A stretch of DNA of 64,000 nt from Bacteroidales bacterium UBA6851 (GCA_002451795.1 DKDJ01000002.1:16768-80767); one strand, 5' to 3'; shown: positions 52,733 to 62,976, numbered from the stretch's first letter. Program-made: numbers and translations. The notes: generated from the sequence alone by a model not told the origin.

Positions 52733-52773
52733 AAAAAAACGAGTGAGGATAGTTTTCCCACTCGTTCTTTTTT
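52733..52773 (+). terminator. Terminator of the pilus operon
   Basis: AACGAGTG...CACTCGTT-CTTTTTT. Confidence 0.75.
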
Positions 52774-52909
52774 ATGCTGTCTTGGACAATGCTGTGAGAG
52801 CTCTCAATTTTAAATTTCTACAGAATGGCAGATTCTTATTGGATTTGTACTGTGAATTGCCTAACTTTGGAAGATTGAGTAACACGCAAACAAAACTAAT
52901 GTATATCCA

Positions 52910-54340
52910 ATGAAAAGATTTTTCATGCTTTTTGCCGCTTTGATCGTCGCCTCGTCTATTTGTGCCGGGCAGAATACCAAAGCTCGTCTGTTCGTGCTGA
53001 CTGATGTGGAGAATGAGCCAGATGATTCGGAATCACTTGTTAGGCTCATGCTTTATTCGAATGTTATTGACATTGAGGGAATCTGCGCTACCACTTCCGT
53101 ACACATGAAAACTAGTCTTCATCCTCAGACTATTATTTCTGTGATAGATGCATACGAGAAAGTTCGACCAAACCTTCTCCTTCATGAGCCTGGCTTCCCG
53201 ACAGCAGAGTATCTTCGCTCTATAGTCTATGAAGGGCAGAGTGGATACGGTGTAGGGGCTATTGGGAAGAGCAAGAGGAGTGCTGGCTCTGATGCCATTG
53301 TCAGGGCTCTGCTCTCCGATGACCCGCGCCCGCTTTGGGTGACAGCTTGGGGAGGAGTGAATACGCTTGCTCAGGCACTTGAGACCTTGCGTACAACCAG
53401 AACCAGCCGTGAACTTAAGAAAATACTTTCTAAACTGCGCGTGTACACTATATCTGATCAAGATGATAGCGGAATCTGGATACGTAAGAATTTCCCTGAA
53501 GTATTCTATATCGTGAGCCCTGGTGGATATGGTGCTTCCACTTGGTCAGGCATGATGGACTCTTCTAGTGATGTAGTGGACAATTCGGTGATTTCCAACA
53601 AGTGGATTGCAGAGAATATCCAGCAGGGGCATGGTCCGCTCGGGGCGGTCTACCCTGATGTGGCCTATGGAATAGAGGGTGATACCCCCTCATGGCTTGG
53701 GCTGATCCCTGTGGGACTTGCGGATATGGAGCATCCGGACTGGGGTGGATGGGGCGGCCGATACGAGTATTATAAGCCGCTTCGTGAAGACTGTGACCTC
53801 AATGGCTTCAACGGTGGAGTGCCCATTGAAGAAGAACCTCATGCTATCTGGACCAATGCCGTGGATACCTATTATCCGTATGTGTACAATGAATATGGAA
53901 AGGCAGTAAGGCGCTCCATGAAGTCTCAGAAAGGATATAAAGTGACTCTGTATCGATGGAGGGAGGATTACCAGTGGGATATGGCAGCGCGTATGGACTG
54001 GTGCGTGAAGTCTTATGATCAGGCAAATCATCCGCCGGTTCCTGTCCTCAAGACTCCAAAGAAGATGACCGTGCATTCTGGAGAATTCTTCCTGATGGAT
54101 GCATCGGATTCATACGATCCTGATGGAGACAGTCTTAGCTATCTGTGGTTTAACTATCCAGAAGCGGGGACTATGGAAAAAGAGGTGCCGATACAAGGTG
54201 CAGAAAATATTCATTTCGTGAGGGTTAAGGCTCCAGAAGTGACCCAAAAGGAGACTCTGCATTTCATCTTGAGACTTAGCGATAAGGGGACACCATCCCT
54301 ATGCCGTTATGAGAGAATAATAGTCGAAGTATTACCATAA
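52910..54340 (+). CDS. DUF1593 (nucleoside-hydrolase-like) secreted protein with C-terminal Ig/REJ-like domain
   Basis: LTDVENEPDD..SLVR, WGGVNTLAQAL, ISDQDD, EGDTPS, WGGWGGRY, ARMDW, DASDSYDPDGD; promoter TAACTTTG at 52862-52869. Confidence 0.85.
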   Translation: MKRFFMLFAALIVASSICAGQNTKARLFVLTDVENEPDDSESLVRLMLYSNVIDIEGICATTSVHMKTSLHPQTIISVIDAYEKVRPNLLLHEPGFPTAEYLRSIVYEGQSGYGVGAIGKSKRSAGSDAIVRALLSDDPRPLWVTAWGGVNTLAQALETLRTTRTSRELKKILSKLRVYTISDQDDSGIWIRKNFPEVFYIVSPGGYGASTWSGMMDSSSDVVDNSVISNKWIAENIQQGHGPLGAVYPDVAYGIEGDTPSWLGLIPVGLADMEHPDWGGWGGRYEYYKPLREDCDLNGFNGGVPIEEEPHAIWTNAVDTYYPYVYNEYGKAVRRSMKSQKGYKVTLYRWREDYQWDMAARMDWCVKSYDQANHPPVPVLKTPKKMTVHSGEFFLMDASDSYDPDGDSLSYLWFNYPEAGTMEKEVPIQGAENIHFVRVKAPEVTQKETLHFILRLSDKGTPSLCRYERIIVEVLP

Positions 54341-54350
54341 ACATTGTACA

Positions 54351-56723
54351 ATGCATACCAATAAGCCAATAGTTGCAATACTATCAGCCCTGATATCACT
54401 GTCGGCGGCAGCAGGTCCGAAAACTGGCATAGCCACCAAAGTGGAGAGTTTCCCAGTGTCTTCAGTGCGTCTGACTTCAGGCCCTTTCAAGCACGCGGAA
54501 GACATGGATATACGTTATCTGCTTGGCCTTGACCCGGATAGACTCCTTGCGCCTTACCGTAAAGGTGCTGGGCTTGAACCTAAGGCCGAGAATTACTCCA
54601 ACTGGGAAAATACTGGCCTTGACGGGCACATAGGTGGTCATTACGTTTCAGCCCTTTCCTATATGTATGCCGCCACGGGCAACGATGAGATAGGACGCCG
54701 TCTTGACTATATGCTTTCTGAGATGAAGGCTTGTCAAGAGGCCGCCGGTGACGGCTATCTATGTGGCGTGCCTGACGGGCGTGCGATGTGGGATGAAATC
54801 AGAAAAGGAAACATTAGGGCATCGTCGTTTGGTCTTAATGACAGATGGGTGCCACTATACAATATACATAAGACCTATGCTGGGCTACGGGATGCTTATC
54901 TCCAGTGCGGACGTGAGGATGCTAAAGAGATGTTCCTCTCGCTTGTGGAATGGATGTACCAGCTTACTGACGGTCTGACCGAGGAGCAGATGCAGGATAT
55001 GCTTCGTAGTGAGCACGGAGGGCTGAGTGAAGTGTTTGCTGATGCTGCGGCCATTTCAGGGGAACATAAGTATATGAAATTGGCTCATAAGTTCAGCCAG
55101 AAGGCTCTGATTGAACCACTTCTTGAAGGGCAGGACAAGCTTACCGGGATGCATGCCAATACTCAGATTCCTAAGGTTATCGGGTATAAGAGGATTGCCG
55201 ACCTTGAAGGGAATCGTGAGTGGGATTCTGCAGCGGCTTTCTTCTGGAAGACAGTATCAGAAGACAGGAGTATAAGTATAGGCGGCAACAGTGTTGCCGA
55301 GCATTTCCATCCGTCTGACGACTTTAGTTCCATGCTTACAAGCGAACAAGGGCCGGAAACGTGCAATACCTACAATATGCTGCGCCTGACCAAGATGCTA
55401 TACTCCACGAGTGGGGATCAGTCATATCTCGACTTCTACGAGAGAGCTCTTTACAATCATATTCTTTCAACGCAAGACCCCGTGCAAGGTGGATTCGTGT
55501 ACTTTACTCCCATGCGTTCAGGGCATTATAGGGTTTATTCCCAGCCTCAGACCAGTTTCTGGTGCTGCGTGGGCTCTGGTATTGAAAATCACGCGAGATA
55601 TGGAGAGATGATATATGGTCATCAGGGAGATAAAGCTCTGTATGTACATCTTTTCATTCCTTCTACTCTTCAGTGGGGTGACGTCAGGATAGAGCAGAAG
55701 ACGGATATTCCTTATGGGAACAGGACTAGCCTGTCGGTGAGCACGTCCTCCAGAGGGAAGCGGTTCTCTATACGTTTCAGAATCCCTCAGTGGACTACTG
55801 CTGCCGGCATGAAAGTGTATGTCAATGGTAAAGTATCTGATAAGTTCATCTCTAAGGACGGCTGTCTGGAGGTGGAGAGACGCTGGCAGGATGGGGATTC
55901 TGTCACCGTGGAACTTCCTATGAGCCTTCGGATGATGCAGCTTCCGGATGGCAGTGACAACTACTCATTCCTATATGGACCAGTGGTGCTGGCCTCAAGG
56001 CTCGGTACAGATCGTCAGGATGGGTTGTTTGCTGATGACAGCAGGGGTGGACACATTGCCTCTGGGCCAAAAATGCCGCGGCAGGAGATGCCGGTGATAG
56101 TAGGGGATAGGGACACTATTTTGGAACACATTACTAAAGATGCTGATAATCTTAAGTTTACGCTTACCGGAGTATGGCCTGAAAAGTATGAGGGAATGAT
56201 ACTGGAGCCGTTCTTTACCATACATGAATGCCGATATATGGTATATTGGCCATTGGTCTCAAGGGATGCTCTTCAAGAGCGCATATCTGATATGGCCTTG
56301 ATGGAAAAGGCTGAAAGGGCATTGGATGCAAGGACTGTGGATAAGGTAGTCTGCGGTGAGCAGCAGCCTGAGAGTGACCATTTTGTGAAGATGGATAGGA
56401 GTAATGCTGGAAGTGATGATGATGGACTCCATTGGCGTGAAACGAGGGGATCGTTCGCTTACCTGTTGAGAAATGATGGTGGGAGTGCTTCGAAACTGAT
56501 GCTTCGATATGTCTCTGGGCAGCATCGTGCGGCGGAGGTGTATATTGGAGATATAAAGGTCGCAAGCATACAGGCCTCTGACGATACTGCGAAGAAAGAG
56601 ACTCTGGAGGTGGAGCTCCCTTTGGATGTCGTGCCAATGGAGAGTCTGGATGTGTCCGTGATCTGCCCGGAGGGAACATTTGTGACACCGAAATTCTATG
56701 AAGTGAGATTAGTGAAACAATAA
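54351..56723 (+). CDS. GH127/GH146-type beta-L-arabinofuranosidase
   Basis: GHIGGHY, EHGG, HANTQIPK, ETCNTYNML, WCCVGSG.E zinc/Cys motifs; C-terminal GEQQPESDH domain. Confidence 0.9.
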   Translation: MHTNKPIVAILSALISLSAAAGPKTGIATKVESFPVSSVRLTSGPFKHAEDMDIRYLLGLDPDRLLAPYRKGAGLEPKAENYSNWENTGLDGHIGGHYVSALSYMYAATGNDEIGRRLDYMLSEMKACQEAAGDGYLCGVPDGRAMWDEIRKGNIRASSFGLNDRWVPLYNIHKTYAGLRDAYLQCGREDAKEMFLSLVEWMYQLTDGLTEEQMQDMLRSEHGGLSEVFADAAAISGEHKYMKLAHKFSQKALIEPLLEGQDKLTGMHANTQIPKVIGYKRIADLEGNREWDSAAAFFWKTVSEDRSISIGGNSVAEHFHPSDDFSSMLTSEQGPETCNTYNMLRLTKMLYSTSGDQSYLDFYERALYNHILSTQDPVQGGFVYFTPMRSGHYRVYSQPQTSFWCCVGSGIENHARYGEMIYGHQGDKALYVHLFIPSTLQWGDVRIEQKTDIPYGNRTSLSVSTSSRGKRFSIRFRIPQWTTAAGMKVYVNGKVSDKFISKDGCLEVERRWQDGDSVTVELPMSLRMMQLPDGSDNYSFLYGPVVLASRLGTDRQDGLFADDSRGGHIASGPKMPRQEMPVIVGDRDTILEHITKDADNLKFTLTGVWPEKYEGMILEPFFTIHECRYMVYWPLVSRDALQERISDMALMEKAERALDARTVDKVVCGEQQPESDHFVKMDRSNAGSDDDGLHWRETRGSFAYLLRNDGGSASKLMLRYVSGQHRAAEVYIGDIKVASIQASDDTAKKETLEVELPLDVVPMESLDVSVICPEGTFVTPKFYEVRLVKQ

Positions 56724-56734
56724 TACGAAAAGCG

Positions 56735-59356
56735 ATGAATAACAGATTTTTTGTGGCTGCGCTGTTTGCTATGACAAGTAGTGTGGTTTTATGGGCACAG
56801 AATCCTATTATCAGTGCCATGTACACACCTGACCCGGCACCGTACGTGCATGGGGACAAACTCTACCTCTTCACGGATCATGATGAGGACGATGCTACTT
56901 ATTTTCTGATGAAGGATTGGCTCGTGTTCAGTACAGAGGATATGGTGAACTGGACTTATCTTGGCGCACAGGTATCTACTGCTACTTTTGAATGGGCTGC
57001 GCAGGGAGATAAGGCCTGGGCAGCACAGGCCGTTGAACGCAATGGCAAATGGTATTGGTATCTGTGTTGCACCGCGAAGGGGCGTGGGGATGCCCTTGCT
57101 GTAGCTGTAGCCGACAATCCTCAGGGCCCGTGGAAAGATGCTATCGGGGGACCTTTGGCCACTGGATTTGGATTTATTGATCCGACAGTGTTCATTGACG
57201 ATGACGGACGCGCATATCTTTTCTGGGGAAACAAGGGATTGTGGTACGGTGAACTGAATGATGATATGATCTCATTCAAGGATGGCTACAAGGAAGTGCC
57301 AGGTTATCATGATCCTGCCGCATTTGGCGAGCTTCAGTCTAAGATGAACTGGAAGATCAGAAAAGAGGAAATGATGACCCAATATGAAGAGGGCCCTTGG
57401 GTAAGTAAGCGGGGCGATACATACTATATTGTCTATCCTGCTGGCGGAGTCCCTGAATATATGGCATACTCGACTGCTCCTTCGATTGATGGGCCGTGGA
57501 CATTCCGTGGTAGGATTATGGACGAGGCTCAGAATAGCTTTACCATTCATGGAGGAAATGTCAACTTCAAGGGGCACGACTATATGTTCTATCACAATGG
57601 AGCACTTCCAAATGGGTGGGGCTTTCACCGCTCTACCGCAGTGGAGGAGTTTGAGTTTAACCCTGACGGAAGCATTCCATTTATTCCATTTACTTCTGAG
57701 GGTGTAAAGCCTGTGGGTACACTCAACCCTTATGAAACTGTGCAGGCAGAAACCATGTCATCCTCGTGGGGTGTGAAACTTGACCGTCTTGATGGTACCA
57801 GGCACTACGTTACATCTATTCACAACGGAGACTGGATAAAGGTACGTGAGGTGGATTTTGCCGACGAAGGGCCGGAGATAGTGTCGCTTGAGATGCTTAA
57901 TTTCAAGAATCCCGGGCGTGTGGAATTCTATCTGGATGAATTAAGTGGCAAGCCGATAGCTACGGTGAACGTGGATAACAGCAATATGATGGTGAAAGGT
58001 GCTGTCACTCCTGGAGTAAAGGGCAAACATGACTTGTACCTCCTTTTTAGAGGTGGTGACGAGCAGCTTTTCGATCTTGACTGGTGGGTATTCACAGCTC
58101 ACCCTAACATGCCATTGATACAGACTAAGTATACAGCTGATCCAGCACCAATGGTTTATGATGGCAAGGTGTTCCTATACACGACTCATGATGAGGACTA
58201 TGCTGACGGATTTATGATGAAAGACTGGCTTCTGTACACATCTACCGATATGGTGAACTGGACTGATCATGGTGCTGTGGCTTCTCTTCGTGATTTCAAA
58301 TGGTATGACGGAGACAATGGGGCATGGGCTGAGTGTGTGGTAGAGAGGGATGGTAAGTTCTATATGTATTGTCCGATTCATGGACACGGCATCGGCGTTT
58401 TGGTCTCTGACTCTCCGTACGGTCCGTTTAAAGATCCGCTTGGGAAACCGCTTATATGGCAGAAAGAAAACTGGGACGATATTGATCCGAGCGTGTTTGT
58501 AGATGATGACGGACAGGCTTATATGTACTGGGGCAACCCTAATGTATATTACGTGAAACTCAACCGGGATATGATTTCATATAGTGGTGAGATTCATAAG
58601 CTTGACTACAAGATTGACTACTATCAGGAAGGCCCGTGGTTCTACAAGCATGGTAATCATTACTATCTTGCTTTCGCTTCTACGTGCTGTCCTGAGGGTA
58701 TTGGATATGCTATGAGTGACAGCCCTACTGGTCCGTGGAAGTCCATGGGACATATTATGGACAGAACATGGAGGACAAGAGGTAACCATCCAGGCATCAT
58801 CGAATATAAGGGGCAGTCATACATATTCGGCCTGAATTATGACATTATGCACCTTTCCACTTTCCGTCACCATGAGCGTCGCAGTGTATCTGCAGCACCA
58901 ATGTATTATAATGAAGATGGTAGCATTAGGAAAGTGCCTTATTGGCTTGACAATGTGCTTGAGCAGGTAGAGCCTTTCAATCCATTTGCCCGTGTTGAAG
59001 CCGAGACCATGGCATGGGGATACGGCCTTAAGACTATTGAGACCGGCTCTGATATATATGTCAGCAATATTGACGAAGGGGAGTATCTTAAGCTGAAAGG
59101 CGTGGATTTCCGTAAGGGAGCAAGTCGATTTGAGGCAAGTGTGTCAAATTCGCGTGGAAGTACAGCCTATATTGAGGTGCATCTTGATGCGGTGGACGGT
59201 CCTCTTTGCGGAACACTTAAAATCGATCCATCAAAGGGATTCAAGACAGTAAGTTGCTCTCTGAAAGACGCTAAAGGTGTACATGACCTTTACTTTGTAT
59301 TTAAGGGCGAAGCAGGAAGAGATCTGTTCATCTGGGACTGGTGGAAGATGAGATAA
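56735..59356 (+). CDS. Tandem GH43-CBM6 / GH43-CBM6 xylosidase/arabinofuranosidase
   Basis: Two copies of the DPAP..YTxHD..WA..IDP..EGPW catalytic set, each followed by a CBM6-like (AET..VDF..G.HDLY) module. Confidence 0.9.
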   Translation: MNNRFFVAALFAMTSSVVLWAQNPIISAMYTPDPAPYVHGDKLYLFTDHDEDDATYFLMKDWLVFSTEDMVNWTYLGAQVSTATFEWAAQGDKAWAAQAVERNGKWYWYLCCTAKGRGDALAVAVADNPQGPWKDAIGGPLATGFGFIDPTVFIDDDGRAYLFWGNKGLWYGELNDDMISFKDGYKEVPGYHDPAAFGELQSKMNWKIRKEEMMTQYEEGPWVSKRGDTYYIVYPAGGVPEYMAYSTAPSIDGPWTFRGRIMDEAQNSFTIHGGNVNFKGHDYMFYHNGALPNGWGFHRSTAVEEFEFNPDGSIPFIPFTSEGVKPVGTLNPYETVQAETMSSSWGVKLDRLDGTRHYVTSIHNGDWIKVREVDFADEGPEIVSLEMLNFKNPGRVEFYLDELSGKPIATVNVDNSNMMVKGAVTPGVKGKHDLYLLFRGGDEQLFDLDWWVFTAHPNMPLIQTKYTADPAPMVYDGKVFLYTTHDEDYADGFMMKDWLLYTSTDMVNWTDHGAVASLRDFKWYDGDNGAWAECVVERDGKFYMYCPIHGHGIGVLVSDSPYGPFKDPLGKPLIWQKENWDDIDPSVFVDDDGQAYMYWGNPNVYYVKLNRDMISYSGEIHKLDYKIDYYQEGPWFYKHGNHYYLAFASTCCPEGIGYAMSDSPTGPWKSMGHIMDRTWRTRGNHPGIIEYKGQSYIFGLNYDIMHLSTFRHHERRSVSAAPMYYNEDGSIRKVPYWLDNVLEQVEPFNPFARVEAETMAWGYGLKTIETGSDIYVSNIDEGEYLKLKGVDFRKGASRFEASVSNSRGSTAYIEVHLDAVDGPLCGTLKIDPSKGFKTVSCSLKDAKGVHDLYFVFKGEAGRDLFIWDWWKMR

Positions 59357-59361
59357 TGAAT

Positions 59362-59398
59362 AAGAGGCGTCACATCAAAGTGGCGCCTCTTCTCTTTT
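59362..59398. terminator. Terminator between the convergent GH43 and fprA genes
   Basis: AAGAGGCGTCAC...GTGGCGCCTCTT-CTCTTTT. Confidence 0.75.
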
Positions 59399-59409
59399 AA
59401 TGGACTTAT

Positions 59410-60573
59410 TTATAGTACGTCTGCAAGTCCGTTCAGGACAGAACTATCCTTGAGCCTGCTCTTTATGGTAACTACTGGCTCCAGAACTTCAACTCCTTTC
59501 ATTTCAGAGAGTTTCTCTTTCATGATGCGACCTGCTGTAGGTGCCCATGAGCCGTTCTCGATTATACCCACTCTGCGTGAACTGTATCCTTTGATGTGGA
59601 GTCTATGCAGAAAATCCACCATTGGTGTGAACAGACCTCCGTCGTATGTGCAAGCGGCAAACACTGCCTCTGAGTACTTGAATGCGTCGCCAAGACATTC
59701 TGACATATCGTCTCTGCAGATATCATGAACAGTTACATCCTTGCCTCTTGCTTTCAGTATTGTGGCGAGTTCGTATGCTGCCTCCATAGTGCCTCCGTGC
59801 ATGGATGCGCAGGCTATCAGCACTCCATCTACCTCCGGCTCGTACCTGCTCCACTTTTCATATAGAGTCAGATATTTTTCGAGATTGCCGTCGATTACCG
59901 GGCCATGCAACGGCAGAATCATGGCTATATTCAGTGCCGTTAATTTGCCCAACAATGCGCTTACCGGGCCGCCGTATTTGCCTACAATATTGTAATAATA
60001 GCGTCTTGCCTCTCTTTCCCAGTCAGTGTACTCGGAAGCCATATATCCGCATGTCTCCAGTGAGCCGAATCTTCCGAATGCATCAGCGCTGAAGAGTACC
60101 CCATTACTCTGCTCGAAAGACACCATGACTTCAGGCCAATGTACCATGGGCGCAGAGAAGAACTTAAGACTATGTTTTCCAAGGTCGAGGGTATCTCCTT
60201 CGGCTACTTTTACGATACGGTTCGTCCAGTCTTTCTTGCAGAATTGTGAAAGCATGGCGGCTGCTTTCACACCAAGTACTATCTTTGATTCCGGGAACTT
60301 CTCGAGGAAAGCATCGATGGATCCTGAGTGGTCTGGCTCAAGGTGATGTACGACCAGGTAGTCTGGCTGTTTTTCTTTAAGAGCCCCTTCTATGTTGGAA
60401 AGCCACTCGTTTGTCCTACGCGCGTCTACAGAGTCGAGTACGGTAGTCTGATTATCTACAATTAGATATGAGTTATATGAAACTCCTTGAGGCACAGGAT
60501 ATTGGCTCTCGAAGAGGTCGATATCTCTGTCGTCAGTGCCTACATAAAAGATATTGTCCTTAATCTGCATCAT
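59410..60573 (-). CDS. fprA: FprA-family flavodiiron protein
   Basis: SYNSYLI, HHLEPDH, MVHWPE, SADAFG, PLHGP, flavodoxin SMHGGT. Confidence 0.92.
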   Translation of the reverse strand: MMQIKDNIFYVGTDDRDIDLFESQYPVPQGVSYNSYLIVDNQTTVLDSVDARRTNEWLSNIEGALKEKQPDYLVVHHLEPDHSGSIDAFLEKFPESKIVLGVKAAAMLSQFCKKDWTNRIVKVAEGDTLDLGKHSLKFFSAPMVHWPEVMVSFEQSNGVLFSADAFGRFGSLETCGYMASEYTDWEREARRYYYNIVGKYGGPVSALLGKLTALNIAMILPLHGPVIDGNLEKYLTLYEKWSRYEPEVDGVLIACASMHGGTMEAAYELATILKARGKDVTVHDICRDDMSECLGDAFKYSEAVFAACTYDGGLFTPMVDFLHRLHIKGYSSRRVGIIENGSWAPTAGRIMKEKLSEMKGVEVLEPVVTIKSRLKDSSVLNGLADVL

Positions 60574-60577
60574 AATA

Positions 60578-61660
60578 CTATCCTCTGACTTTAGAATCGC
60601 AGTACCAGCAGCGCGTTACCCCACCTGATGTTACGCGGAAGCGCGGCTCTACATTCTCGTGATTGCAGATGCACTTGGAGTTGGTGCAGTGAAGGGTGGA
60701 ATCCACGATAGGGGCTTCTCCTTGTGGCATGGTGTGGGTAGGGTCGTCTTTCCACTCGAGAAGTTTGCTTATGAGAGCCATGCGGACAAATTTGCCATTC
60801 TCAACTTGGCGGAAATATGCTGCGCGTGGATCATCATCCACTTCCTTTAGGATTTCATTGACGCGTGGCAACGGGTGTAGTACTGCCATCTTTTCCTTAG
60901 CGAGCGACATTCTCCTGGCATCAAGCACGAAACTGTCCTTGACCCTGTCGAATTCGTCCTCATCAAGGAAACGCTCCTTCTGAACTCTTGTCATATATAG
61001 TACATCGAGCTGAGGCATCACTTCATCCAGATTGTCCGTCTCGAAATAGGAGAGGCCTGACTTGTCGCACACGTCCTGCTTGATGTAGTCTGGAAGAGCA
61101 AGTTCTTGAGGGGCAATGAGAATCACCTTTATCCCCTCATATCGTGTGAGCGCTTTTATGAGCGAGTGGACTGTGCGTCCGAACCTGAGATCTCCGCAGA
61201 ATCCTATGGTCATGTCGCCGATGTGACCGAGTTCTCTCTTTATGGTCAGCAGGTCAGTCAGTGTCTGGGTTGGATGGCTATGGCTTCCGTCTCCAGCGTT
61301 GATGATAGGGACTTTGGATACTTCTGCCGCTGCCAGAGGTGCGCCTTCAATATAGTGCCTCATGGCGATGACATCTGCGAAGCAGCCCACTACTCTGATG
61401 GTGTCCTGCACAGTCTCGCCCTTACTTACGGACGAACTCTTGGCATCGGAGAATCCAAGAACATTTCCCCCGAGCTCCATCATGGCAGATGTGAAACTCA
61501 GCCTTGTGCGGGTACTCGGTTCGTAGAACAGCGTGGCAAGTTTCCTGTGGGCCATAAGGTCCTGGTACTTCTCCCTATGTGCTATGATGTCTTCCGCCAT
61601 TGCAATAATCTGGTCCGTCTCCTCGCGAGAGAGGTCCATAGGGTCAATCAAATGCTTCAT
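60578..61660 (-). CDS. pyrB: Aspartate carbamoyltransferase with fused C-terminal PyrI-like zinc domain
   Basis: FYEPSTRTRLSF, HPTQTLTD, HPLPR; tail CTNSKCIC...RCWYCD. Confidence 0.95.
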   Translation of the reverse strand: MKHLIDPMDLSREETDQIIAMAEDIIAHREKYQDLMAHRKLATLFYEPSTRTRLSFTSAMMELGGNVLGFSDAKSSSVSKGETVQDTIRVVGCFADVIAMRHYIEGAPLAAAEVSKVPIINAGDGSHSHPTQTLTDLLTIKRELGHIGDMTIGFCGDLRFGRTVHSLIKALTRYEGIKVILIAPQELALPDYIKQDVCDKSGLSYFETDNLDEVMPQLDVLYMTRVQKERFLDEDEFDRVKDSFVLDARRMSLAKEKMAVLHPLPRVNEILKEVDDDPRAAYFRQVENGKFVRMALISKLLEWKDDPTHTMPQGEAPIVDSTLHCTNSKCICNHENVEPRFRVTSGGVTRCWYCDSKVRG

Positions 61661-62265
61661 AATGAGTCTCTGAATTCTATGATTTTATCTTTCCATTCCG
61701 GTGCTATATATCCCTCCTCGGCAGCTACTTCCACGAGAGTGTCAAGGTTGCTCAGGGAGTGATTTTCGGTGTGGGCAGAGGCTATGCGCTCAAGCCCTTT
61801 CTTCATTCCGTATGTGAATATGCTTACTATTCCGAGTACGTCTGCTCCTGCTTCTCGCAAGGCTTCCACAACATCGATGGCGCTGCCTCCGGTGGATATG
61901 AGGTCTTCCACTACAACGACCTTAGTGCCTGGCTCCATACGTCCTTCGATGCGATTGTTGCGCCCATGCGTCTTGCTCTCTCCCCTCACATATCCCATCG
62001 GCAGCCCGAGGATGGTGGCTGTGATGGCGGCATGTGCGATACCTGCTGTGGATGTGCCCATAAGCATTTGGCATTCAGGGTAATACTCTTTTACGAGTTC
62101 CGCAAGACCATGTTCCACTTTCTCTCTTGTTGCTGGTGCCGACAGGGTAAGTCTGTTGTCACAGTATATAGGGCTTTTGATTCCGCTTGCCCATGTAAAC
62201 GGCTCCTCTGGTCTGAGGAACACTGCTCCTATGGAAAGGAGTTCTTTAGCTATTGTTCGTTCCAT
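61657..62265 (-). CDS. pyrE: Orotate phosphoribosyltransferase
   Basis: [27 protein letters not shown]. Confidence 0.96.
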   Translation of the reverse strand: MERTIAKELLSIGAVFLRPEEPFTWASGIKSPIYCDNRLTLSAPATREKVEHGLAELVKEYYPECQMLMGTSTAGIAHAAITATILGLPMGYVRGESKTHGRNNRIEGRMEPGTKVVVVEDLISTGGSAIDVVEALREAGADVLGIVSIFTYGMKKGLERIASAHTENHSLSNLDTLVEVAAEEGYIAPEWKDKIIEFRDSL

Positions 62266-62974
62266 ATTCTATTCCCAAAAATTCCTTAACGCAACGCTGG
62301 TATGCAGCCACTGGATCCGGTGCGGCGGTAACAGGTCTTCCCACGACTATATAGTCTGAGCCGATCTCCCGTGCACGCTCTGGTGTGGTGATACGTACCT
62401 GATCATCTTTGGCTGCATCAGCAAACCTTATTCCAGGAGTGACGGTGATGAATTCTTGTCCGCAGTGCTCTTTTACCATCCCGGCTTCAAGGGGGGAGCA
62501 TACCACCCCGTCCAGTCCGGCTTCCTTGGCATTGGAGGCATACTTGACTATGGTCTCATTGATCCCTCTGCTGATGAGCAACTCGTTCTGCATCCTCTCT
62601 TCACTTGTGGATGTGAGCTGTGTGACTGCTATAAGAAGCGGTCTGGTCCCGTCCTCTGCTGTAAGCCCTTCGATGGCTGCTCTCATCATCTCTATCGTGC
62701 CGGCCGCATGTACGTTGCACATGTCCACTCCAAGTCCTGCGAGAACTCTCATCGCCTTCTTGACCGTATTAGGGATGTCGTGTAGTTTGAGGTCCAGGAA
62801 TACCTTGTGCCCCGCGGCCTTGATGTCGCGGACTATCTGCGGGCCTTCGCTATAGAAAAGTTCCATACCTATCTTCAGGAAAGGCTTTCTGTCGCAGTCC
62901 TTAAAGAGAGCGAGGAAGTCCATGACCTGCTGCCTGCTGCTGAAGTCGCAGGCTATAATCACATCTTTTGCCAT
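62246..62974 (-). CDS. pyrF: Orotidine-5'-phosphate decarboxylase
   Basis: [31 protein letters not shown]. Confidence 0.96.
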   Translation of the reverse strand: MAKDVIIACDFSSRQQVMDFLALFKDCDRKPFLKIGMELFYSEGPQIVRDIKAAGHKVFLDLKLHDIPNTVKKAMRVLAGLGVDMCNVHAAGTIEMMRAAIEGLTAEDGTRPLLIAVTQLTSTSEERMQNELLISRGINETIVKYASNAKEAGLDGVVCSPLEAGMVKEHCGQEFITVTPGIRFADAAKDDQVRITTPERAREIGSDYIVVGRPVTAAPDPVAAYQRCVKEFLGIEYGTNNS

Positions 62975-62976
62975 AT

